NCBI GenBank assembly: GCA_017545165.1
Contig: JAFWQQ010000054.1
Span: forward strand, 10,279-74,278
DNA from: Oscillospiraceae bacterium
GTDB lineage: Bacteria > Bacillota > Clostridia > Oscillospirales > Oscillospiraceae
Direction of reading: 5' to 3'
DNA length: 64,000 nt
Shown: positions 1 to 9,180 of the stretch, piece by piece
Layout: every line of letters starts with the position of its first letter
Numbering within the stretch: position 1 is the first letter of the stretch
Notes under the pieces: generated by a model
Databases searched by the model: none
The model's input: only the letters and a program-made list of their open reading frames with translations
Told to the model about the DNA's origin: nothing
Translations under genes and position numbers: made by a program

Positions 1-341
1 CGCCTGTGGGCACCCTGGCCAGTTACCTGGTCATGGCGGGGATGAGCTATTTCTTTATCTGCCGCAGCCTGCCCCACCGCCCCAACCTGCTCCGGGTCTT
101 CAGCGGACCGCTGCTCTCCAGCGCCCTCATGGGCCTGGCAGCCTGGGCGCTGTATGGGCTCTGCTCCCGATTCCTGGGCGGCCGCGGCGGCCTGGGGACG
201 CTCCTGAGCCTGGCCGTCGCCATCCTGGCGGCGGTGCCGGTTTACGCGATCGCGGCGATTTACTCCCGTTCCATCACCAAGGAGGACATGCACCTGATCC
301 CGGGTGGTGAAAAAATCGCAAAAATCCTCCATCTCCGCTGA
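1..341 (+). CDS. C-terminal part of a MOP-superfamily flippase-like membrane protein (YabM/SpoVB/MurJ-like); 5' end lies outside the window
   Basis: The frame is open to the left edge. The tail is hydrophobic and TM-rich, ending ...IPGGEKIAKILHLR. It lies upstream of hup and an S4-domain gene, as in Firmicutes yabM-yabO neighbourhoods. Confidence 0.55.
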   Translation, partial: PVGTLASYLVMAGMSYFFICRSLPHRPNLLRVFSGPLLSSALMGLAAWALYGLCSRFLGGRGGLGTLLSLAVAILAAVPVYAIAAIYSRSITKEDMHLIPGGEKIAKILHLR

Positions 342-369
342 AAAAAACATCAAAAATCGGAAATAATAC

Positions 370-398
370 TTGATAAACGCTTGTGTTTATGGTAAATT
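370..398 (+). promoter_or_regulatory. sigma-A type promoter for hup
   Basis: TTGATA (370-375), 17 nt spacer, TAAATT (393-398) preceded by TGg (extended -10), about 75 nt upstream of the hup ATG. Confidence 0.4.
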
Positions 399-472
399 GG
401 AATCGCTGGAAAGCCCGGCAGAAAAAGAAAAAAATGGCCTTGTGCCAAAGATTTATTTAGGAGGAAACAAAC

Positions 473-748
473 ATGAATAAGGCAGAACTCGTTACTGCTG
501 TCGCCAAGAAGACCGGCCTGTCCAAGAAGGAAAGCGAGCAGGCTGTCAACGCCACTTTTGACGCCATTACCGAGACCCTGGTCGCCGGCGAGAAGGTCCA
601 GCTGGTTGGCTTTGGCGCTTTTGAAGTCAAGGAGCGCGGCGCCCGCGTTGGCCGCAACCCCCAGACCAAGGAAGAGATCGAGATCCCCGCGACCCGCGTC
701 GCTGGTTTCAAGGTCGGCAAGGCTCTGAAGGACGCCGTTGCCAAGTAA
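473..748 (+). CDS. hup: DNA-binding protein HU
   Basis: 91 aa: MNKAELV...[28 protein letters not shown], a canonical HU/IHF signature. GGAGGA RBS. Confidence 0.95.
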   Translation: MNKAELVTAVAKKTGLSKKESEQAVNATFDAITETLVAGEKVQLVGFGAFEVKERGARVGRNPQTKEEIEIPATRVAGFKVGKALKDAVAK

Positions 749-767
749 GGGAAGCTTCTGATAGAAA

Positions 768-800
768 ACTGCGCAGCCGGAAACAGGCTGCGCAGTTTTC
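768..800 (+). terminator. rho-independent terminator after hup
   Basis: ACTGCGCAGCC / GGCTGCGCAGT 11-bp stem followed by TTTTC. Confidence 0.7.
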
Positions 801-826
801 AGTTTCCCCCGGAAAGGAGAAAAGAC

Positions 827-1069
827 ATGCGATTGGACAAGTATCTGAAGGTCTCTCGCCTCATCAAGCGCCGCACCGTGGCCAACGAGGCCTGCGACGG
901 GGAGCGGGTCTCCGTCAACGGCCGCCAGGTCAAGGCCAGCTACCAGGTGAAAGAGGGGGACCTTATCGAGATCGCCTTCGGCAACCGGACGCTGAAGGTG
1001 GAGGTCACCCGGGTCAGCGAGACCGCCAACAAGGCCGACGCTCCCGCCATGTACCGGGAAATCGAATAA
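827..1069 (+). CDS. yabO: S4-domain RNA-binding protein (YabO/Hsp15-like)
   Basis: 80 aa starting MRLDKYLKVSRLIKRRT..., a typical S4 alpha-L motif. GGAGA RBS. Confidence 0.8.
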   Translation: MRLDKYLKVSRLIKRRTVANEACDGERVSVNGRQVKASYQVKEGDLIEIAFGNRTLKVEVTRVSETANKADAPAMYREIE

Positions 1070-1080
1070 AGGAATACAGA

Positions 1081-1110
1081 AAAAACGGACTGCCGAGGCA
1101 GTCCGTTTTT
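1081..1110. terminator. bidirectional terminator between convergent genes
   Basis: AAAAACGGACTGCC-gag-GGCAGTCCGTTTTT, with an A-run and a T-run on either side. Confidence 0.7.
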
Positions 1111-1113
1111 GTA

Positions 1114-1641
1114 TCATCGTGCATGATCCCGGAAGCGATCCGGCGTCAGCGCGTAATCCACGGAGGACTGGGATTCGCCCAGCTGATCCCGCCAGGAATT
1201 CTCGTTCACCCGGAGCTTCTCAAAGCCCAGGAGCTCGTAGACATGCTGGGCTCTGACGTTTTTGAGGTTCGTATCCAGAACGATCCGGGAATAGCCCCGC
1301 TCGAACAGCGCCCGGATCAGCAGGCTCAGGAGCGCCCGGCCCAGGCCCCTGTTCTGAAAAGCGGACTCGCAGATCTTGATCCCGATCTCGGCGGTCCCGT
1401 CTCCCAGGTTCCGGTAGTTCATCTCGCCGATGGGCCGATCCTGATACGCGATGAGCAGGACGCGCCCGCTCTCCTCGCGGCCGGAGGCGAGCTGTTTTGC
1501 CACCTCTTCTTCGCTGACGCCCAGACCCAGGGGGAAGCCGGCGTGGGCCATGACCCGCCCGTCGTTCCACCAGGCCGCCAGCCGGGCGGCGTCCCTCGGC
1601 TCCGCGTTCCGGATGCAGAGCTCCCCGTGTCGAAGCAACAT
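1114..1641 (-). CDS. GNAT family N-acetyltransferase
   Basis: 175 aa. The motif-A-like QNRGLGRALLSLLI and overall layout are typical of GNAT acetyltransferases. Confidence 0.85.
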   Translation of the reverse strand: MLLRHGELCIRNAEPRDAARLAAWWNDGRVMAHAGFPLGLGVSEEEVAKQLASGREESGRVLLIAYQDRPIGEMNYRNLGDGTAEIGIKICESAFQNRGLGRALLSLLIRALFERGYSRIVLDTNLKNVRAQHVYELLGFEKLRVNENSWRDQLGESQSSVDYALTPDRFRDHAR

Positions 1642-1662
1642 GGTTTCGTCCCTGTGCGTTTC

Positions 1663-2598
1663 TCAGTACTCGTAGACGCCGCCGCCGATGAACTCCCGCA
1701 CCAGGGAGTCGGGGGACACGTCCTCGTCCGCAATGTCGCCGAAAAGCTGCAGGGCGGGGAGCACGGCCCGCAGCTCGTCGAAGCGCTCCACCCCCTCGGG
1801 CACGGAGCGGAAGAGCTGGGTGGCCGTCTTGTTGTACACCGCCAGCTCATAGGGCAGGCTGGTGTCGAACTGGTAGTTGGCCTTGTCCTTGTAGGGGGAG
1901 ATGTGCAGCTTTTCGCCCCGGCGGACGTTGGCCCACATGCCCATGGTCTCCGCCGGGTCGGAGCCCCGGAACAGATAGTCCCGCACGGTGCGCCGCACCA
2001 GTCGGATCCAGGTGGCCTTGAAGACCTCGCGCCCCTGGAAAAGGACGTTGCTGCGGGCGGAGATGTAGAGCTTGAAGGCCTCCGGGTGCCGGTCGGTGAT
2101 GCTGTCGTTCAGGGCGTGGATGCCCTCGAAGATCACGATCTCGTCGCCCTTGAGCTTGATGGACTTGGAGGGCTCCTGGATGCGCATTTTCCGGGAGAAC
2201 TCGTATTTGGGCACGTAGATGCGCTTCCCCTCGCTCAGCTCGGTGAAGTGCCGGTTCAGCAGCTCCATGTCCAGGCAAAGGGGGCTCTCATAGTCGATAT
2301 CGCCCTCGGGGGTGCGGGGGCTGGTGGCCGGGTCCACGGTCTGAAAATAGTCGTCCATGGCCACATAGTGGGTGCGGACGCCGTGCTGCTCCAGCGCCTC
2401 GGCGATCTTCATGGCGGTGGTGGTCTTGCCGGAGCCGGAGGGCCCGGAGAGCAGCACGATGGGGCTCTGCTTCCGGTTTTCCAGGATCTTCAGCGCCGCC
2501 TGCTCCACCTTGGCATGATAGACCGCGTCGCACTCCTGCACGAAGCCCCTGGGGTCGGTGACAGTCTTATAGTTGATCTCACTCAGCTGATAGCTCAT
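1663..2598 (-). CDS. uridine kinase-family P-loop nucleoside kinase-like protein
   Basis: 311 aa. Walker A LSGPSGSGKTTTA. Its length and its position directly downstream of hemZ fit Clostridia udk-like genes. Confidence 0.65.
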   Translation of the reverse strand: MSYQLSEINYKTVTDPRGFVQECDAVYHAKVEQAALKILENRKQSPIVLLSGPSGSGKTTTAMKIAEALEQHGVRTHYVAMDDYFQTVDPATSPRTPEGDIDYESPLCLDMELLNRHFTELSEGKRIYVPKYEFSRKMRIQEPSKSIKLKGDEIVIFEGIHALNDSITDRHPEAFKLYISARSNVLFQGREVFKATWIRLVRRTVRDYLFRGSDPAETMGMWANVRRGEKLHISPYKDKANYQFDTSLPYELAVYNKTATQLFRSVPEGVERFDELRAVLPALQLFGDIADEDVSPDSLVREFIGGGVYEY

Positions 2599-4077
2599 TT
2601 ATAGAACCTCCTTGCGGTAGAATTGCTGTATTTTTTCCTTGTCTGCGCAGGTTTCGCCGATCTTCTGGATGTACTCCAGCGGATACTTCGGCGCCATCAG
2701 ACGGATGTTGCGCCCGTCCCCCGGGGCGATGAGCTTGGTGGAGCCGCCGCCGCCCATGGCCAGAATGCTGCACAGCTCCTCCATGATGCAGATGTTGTAG
2801 AGATTGGCGAAGCCCGGCTTGGTCCAGCCCACATTTTCAAAGCCGCCGGACATGAACTTCTGCCGGTAGAGGTAATAGGGCTCGTAGCCCGTGCCCCGCA
2901 GGCGCGCCGCCGCCTCGTCCAGCATGGCGGAGACCTCCGCCTCTCCGGGCAGGGGCGCCCCCTCCAGGGTGATGCGGCTGCCCTTCTTCAGGCTCAGGGT
3001 GTGGACCGTGATGTTTTCCGCCCCCAGGGCCAGCACCGCGTCCAGGGTCCGGGAAAAGCCCGCCGGATCATCCCCGGGCAGACCGGCGATCAGGTCCATG
3101 TTCACGGAAAAGCCGCCCACCCGGCGCACCTTCTCCAGGGCCGAGAGGATATCCTTTGCCGTGTGCCGGCGGCCGATGGTCTCCAGCACCGCGTCGGACA
3201 TGGTCTGGGGGTTCACGCTGACCCGGTCCACCCCGTGCCGGCGCAGGACCCGCAGCTTCTCCTCCGTGATGGTGTCGGGCCGGCCGGCCTCCACCGTGTA
3301 CTCCCGCAGGGCGGAGAGATCGAATTCCGCCTCCAGCAGGGAGCATACCCGCTCCAGCTGCTCCGGAGACAGGGTGGTGGGGGTGCCGCCGCCGAAGTAG
3401 ATCGACACGGGCCGAAGCCCCAGCGCCCGGACCTGGGCCGCGGTGGAGCGGATCTCCTGCTCCAGAGCGTCCACAAAGGGCGGGATCAGCTTCATGCTCT
3501 TCTCCACGGACTGGCTCACGAAGCTGCAGTAGGCGCAGCGGGTGGGGCAGAAGGGGATGCCCACATAGAGGCACAGGTCCCCGGGGCCCAGGCTGGCCTC
3601 GGCGCGCATGGTGTGGCGGGCGGCGTCCAGGCACAGGGCCGTGCGCTCCGGGGACACGTCGAACTCCTCCATGAAGCGCGCCGCCGCCTCCCGCTCACCG
3701 CAGCCCTGCCGCAGAAAGCCGCAGAGGAGCTTTCCCGGCCGCACGCCGGTGAGGGCGCCCCAGACGGGCTTGCGGCGTCCGGCCCGCAGCGCCGCCCGGT
3801 ACATGGCGTTTTTCACCAGACGCTGGCACTTCCGGTCGGTGACGAGGGGATCGGTCAGCGCCTCGCTGCGCACGGCGGCCCGGCCCCGGAAGCTGCCCGC
3901 TTCCGTGACCAGCAGACAGCCGGCGGTGGTGAAGGTCCCGCCCCGGCGGAGAGAGACCTCCAGCCGCGGCCCATGGGGCTTCCCCTCCGGGTATTCCGGC
4001 CGCTCCGAGGGAAACAGGGTCAGCAGCATCTGCTCTACCGCATATTTATATGTATGCCCGCTGAGATAGATCTTCAC
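2599..4077 (-). CDS. hemZ: radical SAM coproporphyrinogen-dehydrogenase-family protein (HemZ-like)
   Basis: CPTRCAYCSF (CxxxCxxC) and GGGTPT motifs. Start assigned to the GTG at 4077 (VKIYLSGHTYKY...) behind GGAAGGA. The 805-aa ORF upstream extension overlaps the CarD-family gene on the other strand and is not coding. Confidence 0.8.
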   Translation of the reverse strand: MKIYLSGHTYKYAVEQMLLTLFPSERPEYPEGKPHGPRLEVSLRRGGTFTTAGCLLVTEAGSFRGRAAVRSEALTDPLVTDRKCQRLVKNAMYRAALRAGRRKPVWGALTGVRPGKLLCGFLRQGCGEREAAARFMEEFDVSPERTALCLDAARHTMRAEASLGPGDLCLYVGIPFCPTRCAYCSFVSQSVEKSMKLIPPFVDALEQEIRSTAAQVRALGLRPVSIYFGGGTPTTLSPEQLERVCSLLEAEFDLSALREYTVEAGRPDTITEEKLRVLRRHGVDRVSVNPQTMSDAVLETIGRRHTAKDILSALEKVRRVGGFSVNMDLIAGLPGDDPAGFSRTLDAVLALGAENITVHTLSLKKGSRITLEGAPLPGEAEVSAMLDEAAARLRGTGYEPYYLYRQKFMSGGFENVGWTKPGFANLYNICIMEELCSILAMGGGGSTKLIAPGDGRNIRLMAPKYPLEYIQKIGETCADKEKIQQFYRKEVL

Positions 4078-4357
4078 AGTCTTATCCTTCCTGCGTGACG
4101 CGCTTCGGTTCCTAAACAAAAGCATTATACCAGAGCCCGGGCCGAAACACAATCCGCAATTGCGCCGGACGCGCAGAAGACAAAGTTCCCGGGCTGCCTG
4201 CCCCCCTGCGGGAGGGAGAGCGCTTCTCCCAGTTTTTTCCTGAAATGCCTGCCTCCCCCGGAGCGGGCAGTCTCCCCGCCCGTTGCCGCTTTCGGGTGAG
4301 CTTCCAGGGAATCCCAGGTAAAATTGCAAAAAAAGATGGAATTCTTCAAATTTTTTG

Positions 4358-4386
4358 TTGTTTTCTGGAAAAATATATTGTAAAAT
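4358..4386 (+). promoter_or_regulatory. sigma-A type promoter upstream of the CarD-family gene
   Basis: TTGTTT, 17 nt spacer, TG-TAAAAT (extended -10). Confidence 0.35.
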
Positions 4387-4419
4387 ACATATAGATATTT
4401 TATGTTGGGGAAATTTTAC

Positions 4420-4935
4420 ATGTTTGAAGTGGGGGAGAAAATCATATACGGAGAAAACGGCGTCTGTACGGTCGAAAAGATCGAGCCGCTGGCCATGTCC
4501 GGCGCGCCCAGGGATAAGCTGTATTATCATCTGATCCCGCTGATCGGCTCCGGCACGTACTATGCGCCGGTGGATTCCGGCGCCTATATGCGGCCGGTGA
4601 TGAGCCGGGAGGAGGCCGAGGCCCTCATCGACGCCATGCCGGGCATCGCTCCCGCCGTGTGTGATGACAATCGCTTCAACCACGTGGACGCCTATTACAA
4701 GGGCCTCTTCCGCCAGCACAGCTGTGAGGCGCTTGTGGCTATCGTCAAGGGCCTGCGCTGCCGTATCGCCAGCCGCAAGACCCGCAGCAGCCGCGCCGAG
4801 GCCACCATGAAGCGCGCAAGGGACATGCTGCACGGGGAGCTCTCCGTGGCCCTGGATCTGGACCTGAACGAGGTGGAGGGCTATATCGCCAGCCGCATCG
4901 GCGAGCTGGACCCGGACCCGGGCGCCAAGCAGTGA
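4420..4935 (+). CDS. CarD/CdnL/TRCF-domain transcriptional regulator
   Basis: MFEVGEKIIYGENGVCTVEKIE... is the CarD-like N-terminal RNAP-interacting domain. An alternative upstream ATG lies at 4402. Confidence 0.8.
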   Translation: MFEVGEKIIYGENGVCTVEKIEPLAMSGAPRDKLYYHLIPLIGSGTYYAPVDSGAYMRPVMSREEAEALIDAMPGIAPAVCDDNRFNHVDAYYKGLFRQHSCEALVAIVKGLRCRIASRKTRSSRAEATMKRARDMLHGELSVALDLDLNEVEGYIASRIGELDPDPGAKQ

Positions 4936-4965
4936 GCCCGCCGGAAAACAAGCAGAAAAACGATC

Positions 4966-4996
4966 CCGGAGACGGCAAGCCCGTCTCCGGATTTTT
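4966..4996 (+). terminator. rho-independent terminator
   Basis: CCGGAGACGG-caagc-CCGTCTCCGG followed by ATTTTT. Confidence 0.7.
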
Positions 4997-5122
4997 CTGC
5001 GCAAAAACGGCCGCATGCCGCTGCCGGCTTATGCCCGCCTTCCGGGACAACAAGGCAGAGGCCGGTCCCGGGCGACGCCGGGACCGGCCTGAACGGAAAT
5101 GGGGGGGACAGGACGGAAGGAT

Positions 5123-5977
5123 CTACAGATAGATGATGATCAGGCCGGTCAGCATGCCCAGGACCGCCAGGGCCGCCGGCAGCTTGGACTTCCACATCAG
5201 GATGGACTCGGGCAGCAGCTCGCCGAACACCACGTACAGCATGGCGCCGGAGGCGAAGCTCAGGGAGATCACCAGAGCGGTGGGACTGATGGCGCCCACG
5301 AGGAAGCCCAGCAGGGCCCCCAGGATGGTGGGCGCGCCGGACAGGGCCGTCACCCCCACGGAGTGCCATTTGTTCATGCCGCCGGAGATCAGCGGAACCG
5401 CCACGGCCATCCCCTCCGGGATGTTGTGCAGGCCGATGACCACGGCCATCACCAGGCCGCCCCGATTCGTCAGGATCTGATCCACAGTCTTGGCAAAGGA
5501 GGCGCCGATGACCATGCCCTCGGGCACGTTGTGCAGCGCGATGGCCGCGGCCATCACCAGCCCGGCCAGGAACAGTCCGCTGCGGGGCTGGCGGCCCTCC
5601 CGGTGCTCCTGCAGATGGTTGGCGTGGGTCAGCTCCTCCAGAGAGTCCGCGGTCTGGGGGTGGTTCTCGTCGATATGCGCCACCTCGTGGTTGGTGGCCT
5701 TGTCGATCCACTCGTTGAGCAGGGCGATGATCACAAAGCCGGCAGTCACGCCGCAGGCCACCAGCCAGACATTGGCGGCCTTCCCATCGGGGTGCAGCGC
5801 CTCCGTCAGCAGATCGAAGCAGACCACCGCGGTCATGACCCCGGCGGCAAAGGACAGCAGGAGGCTGACGGTTTTATCGGAATCCTTCCGGAACATGCAG
5901 GCGACCGCGCCGCCCAGGCCCGTTCCGCCCACGCCGGCCAGGGCGGTGATCCCCACCAAAAGCCAAATCGAATGCAT
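5123..5977 (-). CDS. ZIP family metal (zinc) transporter
   Basis: 284 aa, multi-TM, with duplicated HN(V/I)PEG(M)x motifs (LHNVPEGMVIG, LHNIPEGMAVA) typical of ZupT/ZIP proteins. Confidence 0.85.
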   Translation of the reverse strand: MHSIWLLVGITALAGVGGTGLGGAVACMFRKDSDKTVSLLLSFAAGVMTAVVCFDLLTEALHPDGKAANVWLVACGVTAGFVIIALLNEWIDKATNHEVAHIDENHPQTADSLEELTHANHLQEHREGRQPRSGLFLAGLVMAAAIALHNVPEGMVIGASFAKTVDQILTNRGGLVMAVVIGLHNIPEGMAVAVPLISGGMNKWHSVGVTALSGAPTILGALLGFLVGAISPTALVISLSFASGAMLYVVFGELLPESILMWKSKLPAALAVLGMLTGLIIIYL

Positions 5978-6053
5978 GCGTCTTTCCTCTGTTTTTCTTC
6001 AGAAAATACCATGATTCAATATTATAGCACAGCTTATGCGGGGATACAATCCG

Positions 6054-7244
6054 TTATCTGCAGATGCCGCCCGCCTTTGCCTTCCCTGGCAGCCTTCGAT
6101 AGGCCAGCTCCAGAAGGCCGATATTCATCAAGGCGAAGAGCAGCAGATAGGCCGGCATGATCCCGATCCCCACGGCCTGCTGGAGATGCCCGAAAACCAT
6201 GGGCATGAAGGTGCTGCCGATATAGGCGGAGGCCATCTGCAGGCCGATGACCGCGGCGCTGTACCGGGCCCCGAAATTGGTGGGCGCCATGTGCTGGATG
6301 GCGGGATACACCGGGCCCATGCCCGTCCCGATGACCACAAAGCCGACGGCGGCAGTCAGGAAGCCCTTTGTCGGAATGAAAACCAGCAGGATGCCGAGCA
6401 GCTCCACGGCGATGCCGATGCGGATCAGGCGCCGGTCCCCCAGCTTGTTGGAGATAAAGCCGGAGATCAGCCGGCCCAGCATCAGACCGCCGAAGATCAG
6501 CGATCCGAAGGCGGCGATGGTCTCCCGGCTCAGCCCCTCCCTGGTCCCCGCAAAGTAGCTGGGCGTCCACAGAAAGCAGGTGGCCTCGCCGGCACAGTAG
6601 GAAAAGAAGGCGATCAGCGTCAGGAGCACGCCCGGGACCTTGAGCGTTTCCGGGATCCCGGCGCTGTCCCGCTGCCGCTCCTCGTCCGCGGCCTCGTTCC
6701 GCTTCCACAGGGGGAGAGAGAGGACGACCACCAGGAGGATGCCCGTCTGGATATAAGCCGTCCAGCGGTAGCCCTCGTTCCACCGGGCGAGCTTCAGAGC
6801 CAGGGCCATGATGGCGGGGCTGATCACTGCGCCTACGCCATAGAAGCAGTGCAGGAAGTTCATGACGGAGGAGGAATAGTGGTTCGCCACGTAGTGGTTG
6901 ACCGAGGCGTCGATGGAGCCGGCGCCCAGCCCGTAGGGGACGGCGAACAGGAACAGCATCCAGTAGCGCTCGCAGATCGAGAAGCCCAGGAGACCCAGCA
7001 CCGTCAGGGCGATGGAGACGATCACGATCCACTTGGTATGGAAGCGGCGGATCATTCCCGGGCTGAGCAGGGCGGAGAGGATGGTCATGAAGGAGATGGT
7101 CATCGACACATAGCCCGCCCAGGAGGAGGGGACGCCGAAGACCGTCTGCATGGTGGGCCAGCCGGAGCCCAGCAGGGAATCCGGCAGACCGAGACTGATG
7201 AAAATGAGATAGATGACAGCCAGAAGGAAAGAAGCCATTTGCAC
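6054..7244 (-). CDS. MFS transporter
   Basis: 396 aa with a 12-TM-like hydrophobic pattern. Divergent from an AraC regulator. Confidence 0.8.
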   Translation of the reverse strand: MQMASFLLAVIYLIFISLGLPDSLLGSGWPTMQTVFGVPSSWAGYVSMTISFMTILSALLSPGMIRRFHTKWIVIVSIALTVLGLLGFSICERYWMLFLFAVPYGLGAGSIDASVNHYVANHYSSSVMNFLHCFYGVGAVISPAIMALALKLARWNEGYRWTAYIQTGILLVVVLSLPLWKRNEAADEERQRDSAGIPETLKVPGVLLTLIAFFSYCAGEATCFLWTPSYFAGTREGLSRETIAAFGSLIFGGLMLGRLISGFISNKLGDRRLIRIGIAVELLGILLVFIPTKGFLTAAVGFVVIGTGMGPVYPAIQHMAPTNFGARYSAAVIGLQMASAYIGSTFMPMVFGHLQQAVGIGIMPAYLLLFALMNIGLLELAYRRLPGKAKAGGICR

Positions 7245-7374
7245 TGTTCTCCCATACCAAACGGATTTTGTTCTTGACGAGTAGGATTATATCGTATAAG
7301 CTGCCTTTCGTATAGGATTATTTCCCCTTCTTTTGCACAAACGATAGGATTATTTCTTCAAAACGGGGGACAAC

Positions 7375-8277
7375 ATGGCTTTTTCTCTTTCTGTGGACAG
7401 CGTAGACGAGACCGGGCGGGAGCTTCTCTCCTACGGAACGGAGAATTTCCCGATCGCGTTTTTCGACGATGATTTGAAGGTGGTATCCGTTCCGTATCAC
7501 TGGCATGATGAATTCGAGATCGTCATCCTCACAGAGGGCTGCGTTCGGGTGCGGATCGCGGGGAGCGAATTTGTCTTAAGCGCCGGAGACGGCTATTTTA
7601 CAAACAAGGGGATCCTTCACGGGGCCGTGTTGGAGACGCCCGCCGGGCATCAGCACGCGCTGGTTTTCAGCCCGAAGCTCCTGTCCCGGGACGAGGATCT
7701 GATCTGGGAGCGCTATGTGGCTCCCATACTCGAAAACCGACGGTTTCCCTTCCTCCGTTTGTCGGCCTCCGTTTCGTGGCAGAGGGAGATCCTGCGCCTG
7801 GCGGAGACCGCCTGGCAAAGCGGCGGGTATGAGAGCGAGGATTACCCTCTGGTGGTCCGAGGCTGCCTGAGCAGGGCGTTCTCGCTGCTGGTGAGCCATA
7901 TGGAGGATCCGGAAAACGCTTTCCGCTTCTCGAGCAGATTTCAGAGAGACGAGGAGCGGATCAAAAAGGCGCTGGTCTTTATTGAGAAAAATTATGATGA
8001 AGCCCTGAGCATCGAGGAGATAGCCGCAAGCGCAAGCGTCAGCACCAGCGCCTGCCTTCGCCTGTTCCGCAGCGCGCTCGATACGACACCGATGGCGTAT
8101 CTGCGGGAGCTTCGTCTCCAGAAGGCCCAGGAGGAGCTGAAGGCGGCGGACGGGCGGACGATCGCCGAGATCGCGTATGCCTGCGGCTTTTCGGACGCCA
8201 GCTACTTCAACCGCTGCTTCCGAAGGGCCCTGGGCATGACGCCGACGGAATATGTCTCGAAGCAGCGGGGGAGATAG
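7375..8277 (+). CDS. AraC family transcriptional regulator (cupin N-domain plus HTH)
   Basis: The C-terminal IEEIAASASVSTSACLRLFR...GFSDASYFNRCFRRALGMTPTEY is the AraC double HTH. Confidence 0.85.
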   Translation: MAFSLSVDSVDETGRELLSYGTENFPIAFFDDDLKVVSVPYHWHDEFEIVILTEGCVRVRIAGSEFVLSAGDGYFTNKGILHGAVLETPAGHQHALVFSPKLLSRDEDLIWERYVAPILENRRFPFLRLSASVSWQREILRLAETAWQSGGYESEDYPLVVRGCLSRAFSLLVSHMEDPENAFRFSSRFQRDEERIKKALVFIEKNYDEALSIEEIAASASVSTSACLRLFRSALDTTPMAYLRELRLQKAQEELKAADGRTIAEIAYACGFSDASYFNRCFRRALGMTPTEYVSKQRGR

Positions 8278-8332
8278 GGGGCAGATCGCCCGCTCAAATC
8301 ATACAGGGAGACGCTTTCCTACGCCAACGACT

Positions 8333-8960
8333 TCGGTGCTCCAGCGGGGATTCGCCCGCTCTGCGGAGCGGGCCGGGTCGCGGCTCTGACATGCCACCGG
8401 CATGTCATTCACTCCCGCTCCCCTCGAATCCCCTATGAGAGAAGAAAACCCGGAAGGCCTCCCGGGTTTTCTTGGTGCTCCAGCGGGGATTCGAACCCCG
8501 GCAAAGCCTGCCGCTGCGTGGCCTGCTTCGCCACCTGATCCGCTTCGCTCAAAAAACGCTTCGCGTTTTGGTGTCCGTGGGTTCGAATCACCTGACAACC
8601 ATGAAAAGCGAAACAGACCGCACGAAGCGGTCTGCTTTGCTTTTGGTGCTCCAGCGGGGATTCGCCCGCTCTGCGGAGCGGGCCGGGTCGCGGCTCTGAC
8701 ATGCCACCGGCATGTCATTCACTCCCGCTCCCTTCGAATCCCCGAGAAGAGAAGAAAACCCGAAAGGCCGATGGCCTCCCGGGTTTTCTTGGTGCTCCAG
8801 CGGGGATTCGAACCCCGGTGAAGCCTGCCGCTGCGCGGCCTGCTTCGCCGCTTGATCCGCTTCGCTCAAAAAACGCTTCGCGTTTTGGTGTCCGTGGGTT
8901 CGAATCTTCTGACGACCATAAAAAGCAAAACAGACCGCACAAGGCGGTCTGCTTTGCTTT
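8333..8960. repeat. two tandem units of about 309-317 bp, each carrying two truncated copies of the tRNA-Lys 3' end (with CCA) plus hairpin terminators
   Basis: (T/C)GGTGCTCCAGCGGGGATTCG occurs at 8335, 8473, 8644, 8790 and, in the real tRNA, at 8961. Spacings are 309 and 317 bp, and the sequence between copies is near-identical. Confidence 0.85.
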
Positions 8961-9036
8961 TGGTGCTCCAGCGGGGATTCGAACCCCGGACACCCTGCTT
9001 AAAAGGCAGGTGCTCTGCCTACTGAGCTACTGGGGC
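8961..9036 (-). tRNA. tRNA-Lys (anticodon TTT)
   Basis: Reverse complement GCCCCAGTAGCTCAGTAGGCAGAGCACCTGCCTTTTAAGCAGGGTGTCCGGGGTTCGAATCCCCGCTGGAGCACCA folds as a cloverleaf with encoded CCA. There is one C3-A70 mismatch in the acceptor stem. Confidence 0.9.
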
Positions 9037-9037
9037 G

Positions 9038-9111
9038 TGGCTGGGATGGCGGGACTCGAACCCACTATATCGGAGTCAAAGTCCGGTGTGTTACCATTAC
9101 ACTACATCCCA
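9038..9111 (-). tRNA. tRNA-Gln (anticodon TTG)
   Basis: Reverse complement TGGGATGTAGTGTAATGGTAACACACCGGACTTTGACTCCGATATAGTGGGTTCGAGTCCCGCCATCCCAGCCA. Confidence 0.85.
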
Positions 9112-9141
9112 ATATACAGGCCGCCCCAACAGGGGCTTTCT

Positions 9142-9170
9142 GCTAAAACAGGCCGGCACTGCCGGCCTGT
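9142..9170 (-). terminator. hairpin plus T-run inside the tRNA cluster (between tRNA-His and tRNA-Gln)
   Basis: On the minus strand, ACAGGCCGGC-agt-GCCGGCCTGT is followed by TTTTAGC. Confidence 0.5.
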
Positions 9171-9180
9171 TGCTTGCTTG

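Noticed and set aside
1123-4098. Long plus-strand ORFs 1123-2604 and 2623-4098
   Set aside because: They are antisense to the GNAT, kinase-like and hemZ genes. They are low-complexity and Arg/Gly/Ala/Pro-rich, with no RBS.
4078-5016. Upstream extension of the hemZ-like ORF (the 805-aa version)
   Set aside because: The extension has no similarity to HemZ N-termini and overlaps the CarD-family gene on the other strand. A GTG at 4077 with a good RBS gives the canonical VKIYLSGHTYKY start.
5978-6053. Zur-box-like sequence upstream of the ZIP transporter
   Set aside because: Only a weak partial palindrome (AATATTGAATCAT...) overlaps a TATAAT box, which is not close enough to a Firmicutes Zur consensus to call.
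8577-8907. Plus-strand GTGGGTTCGAATC boxes (8577 and 8895) as possible plus-strand tRNAs
   Set aside because: The flanks do not form a T-stem, acceptor stem or anticodon arm, so there is no cloverleaf.
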